DNA of 64,000 bases from Hydrolagus colliei (taxonomy: Eukaryota). A program made the position numbers and the translations under genes. Below are positions 51,296-61,817 of the stretch, piece by piece; position 1 is the first letter of the stretch, and each line of letters opens with the position of its first letter. The stretch is taken from assembly GCA_035084275.1 (NCBI GenBank), contig CM068751.1, positions 5,456,001-5,520,000 on the forward strand. Reading direction: 5' to 3'. Under the pieces are notes generated by a model, which did not search any database, had not been told where the DNA came from, and was given only the letters and a program-made list of their open reading frames with translations.

Positions 51296-52800
51296 TTAAC
51301 ATGGGAACATTTCCAAGTATAATTTGAGAGTTGATGTAAACCATTGCAATTACAAGCAACATTTCACACAGTTATAGATGATGTTCTGAGGTCTCATATG
51401 TATGTAATGCATGCTAACGACTTGATAAGTCCCTCTCACGAACTCATTGCTCTTGAGGTATGATGTCACTCACACATGTTAGATAAATTCAAATCCATCA
51501 GCATGTATGCTCCTCTGTTTCAGTGTAATGGAAACCTGCAGGAAGCATAACAGAAAGCCAGTGATAATTTATTGTACACAGATGTTTAGCACTCCACATG
51601 AAGCAGCATGAAAACTTACACCATTCCCTTTAACTTTTCCAGAAATTCATTGCTTCCCTCAAACAGACTAAAGCTGATGTAAGTCATTCCCAGACCCACC
51701 CATATAAATTCTTTATTATACACAACTTTATAGGAAATGCCATTTTATTCCCAATTTACAGGCATAATTGCAAGGGAAAAATTGTATGTTTTAGTTTGAT
51801 AATCCCAGATTGTATTTCAGGACCATCAGAATATTGCTAGGTTTTGTGATTTGCTAAACTTATGAAGCCATTTTTGACCTTCGCAAATAGGGGAAGCTTG
51901 CACAACATATGTTTCTGTACAAGAGTAAAAATCAAAAGATGTACCTTTGAGAATGTAAACCCCTGTATTTGAAGGGGTGTTACAGAAAGACATCAAATAG
52001 ATGGGTCAACAGGGGAAAAAAGCAAAATACAGAGGAACTACTTTCTGAAGAAATGCTCAGTTCTGGTGTGATTTACCATCAATAGAAAATCTTTGAACAC
52101 ACCAAATAGCCCAAGGTGACCACCAAAGATCTTCCAGATGATGTGGACGATCAGAGATAAAAGTAGGTGGACCTGAACGTGGTAGCATAAGAAAAGATTA
52201 GGGTATTTGAGAACGTCATGTGATTCAGGAAGAGCGTAGCAAGGAGAAGTGGTGGGTGTAAGAGGATAAGGTGGCAGCATTTAACACAGAGAGTCAATGG
52301 CATAATTTATCTGTGGAATGAAACTAGTTTCTGTATGAAAAGATCTCCTTAATGAGCCTACGGGGTCTGAAAACTATGTGTTGGCAATCGATTGGTTCCG
52401 ACACATTCTCAAAGTAATTTATATTGTTGCTGTTACTAGCAGATAACTATAGCACTACTATATAATGAGCTTCTTTCTGGAGTCAGAAATGTACAAATAC
52501 ACATTCAAGTGAAACATGCCAACACAAATCTGCTCGATACACACTGCCCACCACAATAATTTGAAATGAATCACAAATACAAAGGGTAAATCTTGTGATT
52601 TCTGGTAACCCTCAATTGCGTTCGACACAGATATCCATCCATCCATCCTTGTAGATTGAGTAAACACCACCGGATCACCGGGAATTCTATCTGGTAAAGG
52701 AAACACGTTGGTTTACATCTGTGATACTTATTCAGGGGGAGGAGGTGGACTCAATGGTGTATCTTGCGTGTTCTTTGTCGGTTGTTCCAATTTATTATCT

Positions 52801-53499
52801 TCATCTGTGCTTCTGACACCGTTGCTCCCTAAGTACTGGGAAATAGTATCTATCTCCCATGATTCTGGTCACTGTGACCTGCTGGCTTGAATGTTGGCAG
52901 AGTTTCACGAATAGCACTTGCGGGTTGATACGTTGCAAGCATTCCATCAGATTAATGTGGAACTTTACAATTTGTAGCGGAATAAAATGTGCGCCCAGTA
53001 GTACTTTGTGAACATTGTGCGTCTGCAAAAAAAACTCTACAATTGACCAATTGTGAATGAAAGGCCGGGCGATAGTGATTTCCACCAGCAAAAATAAGTG
53101 TGTGAATATGTTGAATATAACGTGACTATGCTGTGTTTGCAGTTCCACATAGAAGCACCTCACAGTAAACATCCAAAAGCCTGTGGTTGTGTCACACAGA
53201 TACTGATCTATGACTTCACTATTCCTCCAGGAGACTAGTTGAGGTTGACTACCACAGTGCATTAGGAAGCCAGAACAGACAAATATGCCCCTGGCTTCGT
53301 ACAAGGGAGTTTGCAAACAATAAAGTTTTGTCTTCGAAGTTGGCCTTTGGTTTGCAGGACATCGAAAGTTATCTTCATCTAGTGTTTTTTTTATTTTTGG
53401 AAAGTCAAACCTTACTCTGAGCCCAAACTGGGTAACGTTCTGTGCTGATGTTTCATCAAACGCACTTTTTCTGTATTCAATGACAGCAGCTGTCAGCAA
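52801..53499 (-). other. Unexplained 232-codon ORF (TTG start, no recognised homology)
   Basis: Longest ORF in the track and not within any repeat I recognise. The first in-frame ATG is near codon 80. Confidence 0.2.
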
Positions 53500-54439
53500 A
53501 ACCGAAAGGCATATTTAACATTTTCTATTTACTTCACATCGCTTTGGCATTTCACGGTTAGTAATCGGATGTTAAAATTCCACATCGATTTTCCTGCAGA
53601 AGTGCGAAAGCTGCAGAATTTATAGCTGCTGTCATAAAATCAGCATTATATTTTCCCCACTTTAGTTGGTTTGTATAAATGTTGAGGCCAGGACACTGGA
53701 CTCATTTAATATACTGTATTTTAAAAAACTTTCAGTGCTGTTCTGGGCAGAAAGATGGTTGAGTGAGAACATTTCCCCATAAAGATATCTAAAATTGGAA
53801 TTTTACATTTGTTAATTGATGCAATTTACATTTAGCGAGTTAAGAAATGCTGCAAATTTCTTTCCTTACAAACCATTTTTTTGCAATTTTATGGTGGAAA
53901 TTTGCAGACAGTAGATTGTAGAAAGCAGAAGAATTGGCCTTGATGAGTAGTGACCAAACCATAATATTGGAGGCTTATGTGTTTATGCAGCCGGTCTAAA
54001 ATATGGGTCTGGTTCACAGTTGGAGAGCCATCATTTGTTGGATAATCGTTGGGTTTCTAGTCCTTCAGTCTGCAAACTAATGTGCTGTTGTCTGAAATTT
54101 CTGGAATCCAAGAACTTATAAATACTAAAATTCTTCCAGGTCTGTAATCTTGACAGCATTTATATATGTGACCAAGTTAAATAGCATAAATGCCTTGCAT
54201 GATTGTTACCATGTTCTCAGTTTTAAAGCCTAGTCAGCAGGCCAGCTAAACAGATTGGAGTCTTTGAAGACTATTCAAATAGATTGCTATTGAAATGCAT
54301 CAAAACGTCTGTTTGCTCAACTATTTCTTGGAATTATTTTGAGTACTTTACTCAGGTTTTGGCAAGGATGCTTCACACATCAAAAATGTTGTGGCCTTTA
54401 TGCTGTAGTAGCTTTCAAAAGGGAATCAGATAGTATTGA

Positions 54440-54522
54440 TAATAACAATAATAAGAATTGGTCATTTCAATCCACAAATGTTTGTGGGGACGCTGCTGTG
54501 CACAATTGGCTGCCGCGTTTCG
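54440..54522 (+). mobile_element. SINE core fragment
   Basis: AATTGGTCATTTCAATCCAC...TGTTTGTGGGGACGCTGCTGTGCACAATTGGCTGCCGCGTTTCG, then an abrupt break. Confidence 0.85.
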
Positions 54523-54621
54523 TGGAACTTGGGTTCCATTTGTCGTGGAATAATAAGAAACAGCTAACATGGTTTCCAACTTTTAACATGGTTTCCACAC
54601 ATTCACAGGAAGAGCAAAATG

Positions 54622-54908
54622 CTAGGCAAGTTTCCTTACTCCATGCACCTCTGTTTACTCAGCAGTTAATAGGAACAAAGTTGTTAGAAGATTTGCGGAT
54701 TGCTTTTTCAGGATTAATAATCCTTTCAAAAAAAATTATAATGTAGTCACTCAATCCACGACTGTTTGTGGGATGCTGCTATGCACAATTGGCTGTCACA
54801 TTACGCCCACAAATATACAGTCAATTCACTTTACAGTATATTCTGTGAAGCGCTTTCAGAGGTATCGAAGATTAGATAAATTGCTGTATTAAATACAATG
54901 ATTATTCT
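54622..54908 (+). mobile_element. 5'-truncated SINE with an insertion of about 60 bp
   Basis: GGCAAGTTTCCTTACTCCA, then unrelated sequence, then TAATAATCC, core and a degenerate tail. Confidence 0.85.
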
Positions 54909-54930
54909 TATAAACGTACATTTATATAAT

Positions 54931-55330
54931 AGTAATAATGATCCTTGCATTTGACATAGCGCCTTTTACGTCAAGAGGGCGTCCCAAAGCACGTGACGCT
55001 GAGGGGTTTGCATCCTAGCTGAGGGTTGGGATCAGAGAGGGGTTGGAGGGCAAAGAGGTGGGAATAGGAGGGTGACTGGAGGTAGGAATAGGAGGGTGAC
55101 CAGAGGTGGGGACAGGAGGGTGACCGGAGGCGTGGTTGAAAAGGAAGATGTTGAGCCTTGGTGGGGGGCGAATTCGAGGGTCTGCGGCATGGAATTCCAG
55201 AGGGTGAGCACAAAGAGGTCAAAGGCCCGACTGCTGATATTGGGGTGGGCAAGGCGGCAGATATGGAGCAGGCCAGTGCCTGCAGAGCAGAGGGAGAGAG
55301 CAGGTTGGTGAAGGCACAGACATGGTGGAC
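54931..55330 (-). mobile_element. L2 LINE 3' fragment, tail type C (TGCAAGGA(TTA)n end)
   Basis: Minus-strand translation gives SRAFDLFVLTLWNSMPQTL (L2 C-terminus). Tail GCTTTGGGACGCCCTCTTGACGTAAAAGGCGCTATGTCAAATGCAAGGATCATTATTA. Confidence 0.85.
55055..55126. repeat. 24-bp tandem repeat x3 inside the L2 3' region
   Basis: GAGGTGGGAATAGGAGGGTGACTG / GAGGTAGGAATAGGAGGGTGACCA / GAGGTGGGGACAGGAGGGTGACCG. Confidence 0.9.
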
Positions 55331-55429
55331 CAAATAGCCGCCTTCTATGCTGCAATGATCTATGGTTCTAAGCCGTTCTGTAACAGTCCTCTGCTTTATC
55401 ATATTTCCATTTACGGTCCTTAGTCCTGT

Positions 55430-55747
55430 GGAGCTCCTGTAGCTCAGTGGTTTGATTACTCGCCTTACAAGCGTGAGACCTGTGTTCGAATCCAGACAGA
55501 TCAGGGTGAAACCTTGGGCAAGTTTCCTTACTGCACATGCCTAATAATAATCCACCCCCAAAAAAGCACGATAATAAATATTGGTCATTTTCAATCCACG
55601 ACTGATGGTGGGCCACTGCTGTGCGCAATTGACCGTTGCGTTTCACCCATAAATATACAATCAATTCACTTAACAGTACATTCTGTGAAGCGCTTTGAGA
55701 CGTTGATAAGATGTGAAAGGTGCTATATCAAATGCAAGGATTATTAG
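55430..55747 (+). mobile_element. Full-length tRNA-derived SINE
   Basis: TAGCTCAGTGG A box, GTTCGAATCC B box, core, TATCAAATGCAAGGATTATTA tail. Confidence 0.95.
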
Positions 55748-56454
55748 TAGTAGTTGTATTATTTGAAAAGCAAAAATTTGCAGGGCAGTGGGATAAGATC
55801 AAGATACAGTAACTGGATGGTTTTTCAAAGAGCCGGTTAGAGGCACAATATCATGTGGTTTCAGACACATTGAAAAAAGGTTATGAATTTCTCTTTCAAA
55901 CTATGCTTTCCTGTGTGGATTTAAGATAGTAATAGCTGTAGAGAACAGCATGGTTACCACAAGTGATTGCACACAGTTGCTATGCTGTGTTCCTCGTGGC
56001 TGCAATAATGGGTCATTGGAGCTTTTGGCGTCTTCAGAAACAATTTGCTCGTTAATCTCTGAAAAGACAAAATATTCATATGAAGTCCCATGAGAAGAAT
56101 TACCCAGTGCATAGCTCATGCAGCAAGGCTCACTGAACAATCAGCAAGCATGCGCATCTAGGTAACTTCATACTTCCAATGCAGGTTAGGCTGCAAATCA
56201 ACTGTGTAGATTTCATACTGAAAGCTGAAATATTATGATCTCTCCTTCTACAGCAGGGATCAGAAGAGGGGAGGGAGGATTGGTCCCATATTGTCTGGAT
56301 ATCAGGCTCTCTAGTACAGTTATAGTATCCTTCCAAACAAGTAGCATCAATGCAGAGTTAATTACACATAGTCAAAATGCACTTGGGTTGAAGTGCACTC
56401 CAAGATAGTGACACATTCACAAAGAAGACTGTAGTACAAACAGTAAAGCAACAT

Positions 56455-56514
56455 ACATTATATACGCTGTATATCATATAATGTATATATGATATATATA
56501 TAGATATATATATA
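56455..56514. repeat. TA-rich low-complexity tract
   Basis: Read directly from the sequence. Confidence 0.85.
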
Positions 56515-57724
56515 CGGCCACACAAAAAAAGGAATTATAGCAGACATGCTCAGTGAATAGTGAATTTTTAAAATCCAGGAGCTTTAACATCAATGATCAG
56601 GCACAAGACAACGACTTGCGTTTACACAGCGCCCTTCATACAGGACAGAGTCTTGGAACAGCACAGCAGTAAAGGGGATCAAAACACTACTTTAAGCTCA
56701 CGTGCCCGTGTTCAGTCAAGGCAATTTTTTTTCCCATCTAGAGATTGAGGTCACCTGCCACATTACATTTCAACAACTCAATCTGACTAAAGCTGCCCGT
56801 GGCCATTACATTTTCCAGAGGTTCATGATGCAGTCAAATGTATATTCATCTGAATAAGGCATAAGGCACTGAGCTTTCAGATGTAAAATGAACATTCAGA
56901 GTACCGTGTGATTTCTTCCTTTATATGGACCTGACGGGCAGAAATCCATCCGTGTGCGAGAAGTAATGCACTTCCCATTTTGAATGCTCCTGTAAACACA
57001 GTGCTGTATGTGGTAGATTGTGATATTTTATCCCTCCTGGTTTTCAATCGGTCTTATCATCACAAGCTGCAGCTAACATCTCTAACAAAGTAAGTTTCCT
57101 TCACTTGTTTTACTTGTGCTTTGTCTTCAGAACAAACCAGAGCTAGTCAGGAAGAAAGTAGGACTGAAAATGTCCAGACCTAAATGGTATTTTGTTCAAG
57201 TTACTACTTTGAATATTTCGTAAAATTTTTTTCAAATGATACAATTGAAGTTTCAATCAAATCTGCTGCTGTCATGCTGTATCCCCCAGTTTGTTGTTTG
57301 CATGCTCCTCAGAATCATTTCTCTTCTGTAACTGGTGTCATTTTGAAGATGATCAAGCTAGTTAGCCTGTGTGCCTTTAACCAAAAATGGTTTGAATATT
57401 TAAAAATGTTATATAGAAATTGTCAATAGAGATGTCTAGAGATGTGACTCACAGCTTAAACCCGATGTATAGTATTAACTGATCTATTAAGGATTGAAAT
57501 ACAACAAAGCTTTCTTATAACTAACGTTATTTATATTTTGAGATATATTGTATTTTTATACAATCCAGTTTTTGTGCTCTATTCAGCTACCCACTTCGGC
57601 TCCGTCTCACTAAGAATTAATCTCCAATGGAGATTGGGTTTGATGTGCATTTTTCCAGATTTCAACGTATTCTAATTTTGATCCAGCCACTTGCATTGCA
57701 TGTAGGAGCACATCTCCGGGTCAT

Positions 57725-57830
57725 CTATGGGGAGAGAGAGCGGGGGAGTGAGATAGCTCTTTCCAAAGAGCCGGCACAGATATAATGGGGGCAGAGTGGC
57801 CTCCTTCCACGCTGTAGTTCCCTATGTTTC
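57725..57830 (+). mobile_element. CR1 LINE 3' end
   Basis: TATGGGGAGAGAG..GGGGGAGTG..GATAGCTCTTTCCAAAGAGCCGGCACAGA...TGGCCTCCTT. A related relic (TCAAAGAGCCGG) lies at about 55780-55850. Confidence 0.75.
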
Positions 57831-60800
57831 AATTTGCTGACTTTTATCGTTGTTCCAGAGGGGAAAGCGTGACCTCTCTGCTCACCCTTTTCCTTGACAC
57901 AGCACAAAGCTACAGTCTTATTCCCACCAGTCTCCATCTCATTTGTTTATTTTAGAAGGCAAGGGGAAGGTGTTTAGACACTTTGCCCCCAAAGCACAGC
58001 TTTCCTCACATGTTGCTCTATTCCCCAGGCAAGTGGTAGCAGGATAGCTTTGCCATGATCTATCGCACTGTAAAATGTGACTTCCAACCTTCCAACATCA
58101 CAGTGAAAATGGAGGGGAAAATTTATACCTTGAGGCATTCAATGTGTGAAGGTACATTTGGAGTTCCAATCTCACTGTTTGTTACGATCCACGTCACCTT
58201 CACAATTCACATGCAGCCAGCACTCTAAATCGTTCACCTCCAATACCAATGGGATCAGATTTCTACAGAGTACATTTTGAGCCCCAAGCTAGGAAAGCCG
58301 AAAAGACACAACAAGAATGAGTTCTGCACAATGCTGTAACCTCGTGGGCCGACTACAAGGTTAACAAGTTACCAGAGCATAATCTAACAATAGAAGCTAT
58401 TCGCTAAAGCAGGTCATTTAAAAGTATACTTTAATCACAGTGCTACCTCTACAGCCAAAGGCAACAAACCAGTCACTGCTATCAGATGCTCTCATTGTTT
58501 AGTGCCCTCAAGCTCTGTTAGTGGTATTTTAGAAGTCCTTTACTGAGGTAATAACATTAATACATTTGTTCTTATAGAAAACATTTTAATTTACGTAACA
58601 CAGCTATGGTATTTCACGTTTTATTATTTTTCTATTTTTTGCGTTTTATTTAATTGGATGTTTTTTCCTGCATTGAATGATTTCAGCTTCAATCCCTGAC
58701 TGTTCTAAATCCAGTCAGTCCTACCAGCGGGATCCTCTACATTAGCCCAGGCATGTTTCTCTGCCGCTGTTAGCACGATGTTCATGTCCAACCCAAAGCT
58801 GCAAGATGTCGATTTTACAAGCTGTCTCTCATGCTCTTGATGAAGTGAAGTCTAACCACAACCTTTCAGATTTGCCAAATGTGTGCTATTTCTACAACAA
58901 AGTGAAGGCACAAAACGAAACTAACTCCCTCTCTCTCACTGTAAACTATTAAAATCATTTTGTATACTAAAGCACAAACGTGGTTACACATCCACCGACA
59001 CTACCTGACTTTTTTAAAACTGCAAACAGTTACTCACACTTGACAAGTGGTGCCAGTTCTCTGGCAGGCAGGCAGACATGTGTGTGTGAACACATTCGCA
59101 GAAACAAGCATAATAAGAACACTGTAGCACAGCAAATTGAATCAATGGAGTAGGGCTGAGGCTGTGGGTAGGTGTCGGGGTGGTGGGTGATCAAGTAAAG
59201 TCAGTATATAAGAGCCTCAATTCATTGAGCTAAATGACAAGTGGAATTGTGTACATTTTGTGCGGCTGCAGTGTACTGTACTATGAATCACAGACAGAAG
59301 AGTTGCCTTTCCTTTGGGCCTCTGATCGTGTACTTAGACAAATACACACACACACACACAGGTGCAATTTTCTCAATTTTACAAATGATGGGATACTGCT
59401 GAATGTGACGGTTACAGTTAAGTACTGTGTGTTTTTTTTACTTATTCTTAGAATGAAACCAACTGATGGCCAGGCTCAAGACTCTGTTATTCATTTAGGG
59501 CAACCTGCAATCACACAGTGCTCTTATTATCTACTTTGTCCAACCCATACATTTCATTGATTTGTTCGATTAAAGTCTCATGCAAAGCCCACATCCTATT
59601 TCGCATGGAACAATGGCGGTATGATTTGGAGCAAAAACATTACAAATAGTCATTCGAGGTTGAACGAGTGCAAAACAGGTCATTGAATCCTGACAAACAC
59701 AGAATGAATTGGCAGCTAGGCTTGAGTTACACCCACAGAAATCCTTTATCCTTCTGCAGCCCTGTTCCTCACAACATTCTGGTACAAGTTGTTTCTGTTG
59801 AGAAATATCAAAATTCAGAAGTTACATTGCCAAACCAAATCCATTGATGTGGGGTTTACTCGATGTCTACAGGGACGTCAGGTAAATAGCACGGGAGAAA
59901 CTACATTGTTTAATAGGTTTATACGGTGGAGGGTGGGGAGGAGGCAGGGGGTTACGGTGAATTCTTTTCTATCGGCCCAACATATTATTCCCTGATTGTG
60001 TATATTTATGTAATCTGTTCTGCAGTATCTGGGTTCTTTTCCAGTGAATTCGTAGTGCTTTTTCAGGTCATCTGTTGTCTGTGTTGCTAAAGTGGCTGCT
60101 GCAGTTTTATTAAAAAGCAATTATTTCATTACATGTAATGGCTTTACCCAGCCAGACACACTATTTTCCGCCTGATTTCACTGAACCCACCATTACCATG
60201 TTCTACAACACTACATTTTTCCGCTTGAATGGGTCTCACAGAATAAACGAAAACTAAACACAAGTGATTAACCCTTTTTCAACTGATAATTTTGGCGTGT
60301 GTACAGTCAGTGTACAGAATTTCCTGTGAACAAATGTAGAATCATAATAAGACGTTACTGAATTACTGGGTAAATCATTCTAAATTTGTATCAAGATATA
60401 CTTGAAGCTCCCTTTGGAAGACACACAAGTTCTTTGTAATCGGTAGATTCTTCTTGACTAAGACAGGTTTCATGTATTGCTTTACTGACTCATGTTCGCA
60501 AGTTATGAGAGCTCCCATAATTTACGAGCACTGGTGAAATACCCTCCACAGCAACTGAAAAGACTACAAATTGCTGCTTAAAATGGAATCTGTCATGTAA
60601 TCCTTCAAGTCAATTTCAGCTGTACTATCCTTTTACCGTAATCTTGCAGCCCTGTTTTCTTACTCTGCTCGGTTCATCCATTACTTAAGGGAGGAAGAAA
60701 AAAGATTGGGCTGGTGTACAAACTGTGAGAGCAAATCATTATGTGAAGATATAGAATTGTAAAATAATGATGCTAACACTCAGGTGCCAAAGGCCTTGAA

Positions 60801-60879
60801 ATCTGTCAATGCTCAACTTGACTAGTGAGATCTCAGCTTTCTCTGCGTCTCTTAGCCAGACATTACACAACAAACCTTA

Positions 60880-60985
60880 GTGATGTACACAAAATATACA
60901 CCTTGCAATATCTTTCTGTGAAGTGCTTTGAGATGTCTCGAAGATGTGATGAGGCGCTATTATTAAATGCACGGATTATTATTTT
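60880..60985 (+). mobile_element. SINE 3' tail fragment
   Basis: TCTGTGAAGTGCTTTGAGATGTCTCGAAGATGTGATGAGGCGCTAT...AATGCACGGATTATTATT. Confidence 0.85.
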
Positions 60986-61404
60986 TGTTATAGGTTTGTG
61001 TTACACAGATTTGCATTGAGGACGTTTCCTGTTGTGATCGTGAATACTGAGTCAAGTAATCAATGCCTGAGAAATGGCAACACTGTAGATGACATAAATC
61101 AATCCAGCTTTGTCCTACCTGACAAAATGCTGCTTTACAATTCAGAATGCATCAGAAACTTCCCTGTCAAACAACCATTGTAACAACTAGAACATTGTCT
61201 ATTTCAAAACAACAAGCTGTCCAATCCACTGTATAAATGTTACCAGACACCCGTAAATAAGCGTTAGATGGTAATTCAATCTTGGGATTCAAGAGTCAAA
61301 CACAAACAGCTCAATTTTTATTCTCATGTTCATGAAGTCACCCATTTATTGGATTACTGCCTTGTAATTCACTTGCAGGTACTCAATATATAAATTACCA
61401 AATA

Positions 61405-61817
61405 CAGCAAAAGCTTGTTTTTCCAGTACCCAACCAACTGGAACGCTCAACCCCCCAACTGGTATCTCCCAATACGATTCACCATTCCAGCAAACGGAAC
61501 TCATACCAGAGCCATCTGAGACACTTGCGAGTATGCTCACTTTGCGCATGCGTGCAATGCGTGCGCATGCGCACTTATTAAACTTAACGAACGCTGGAAT
61601 TTTTATTTTACCGATCATTTTACCGAGTGTGCTGGAATGCTTTATTGGTAAGCATCCATACAATATTCTGTTATTATTTATTATTAATATGGTATGTTTT
61701 AAAATAAGTGAATTTTTTGTTTAGGATTTTCGGCAACTTGCCACTCGAATATCCGACATATTTAATTAACCGGCACCGGGCAGGTCCCAAGGGTGCCGGA
61801 TAAACAAGCTTTTATTG
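61405..61817. mobile_element. Tigger/pogo-like (TcMar) non-autonomous DNA transposon (413 bp)
   Basis: TA flanks on both sides. 27-bp TIRs CAGCAAAAGCTTGTTTTTCCAGTACCC versus CAATAAAAGCTTGTTTATCCGGCACCC (22/27). Confidence 0.85.

Noticed and set aside
34497-53489. Joining 53489-53416 to 34566-34497 gives VIEYRKSAFDETSAQNVTQFGLRYYFMEYIRQP, loosely like a NAMPT N-terminal motif
   Set aside because: The join was chosen after the fact from segments 19 kb apart, needs a gap to align, and no other NAMPT-like exons were found.
53300-53550. Faint THAP-domain resemblance (MPKRC, FDFPK, PTSKTKLYC)
   Set aside because: A stop codon separates the pieces and the conserved W and CxxH residues are missing.
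337-55747. Many 60-140 aa ORFs with recurring peptides such as KRFETSRRREKRYIK
   Set aside because: They are translations of SINE or L2 copies, or of the antisense strand of L2 ORF2 fragments.
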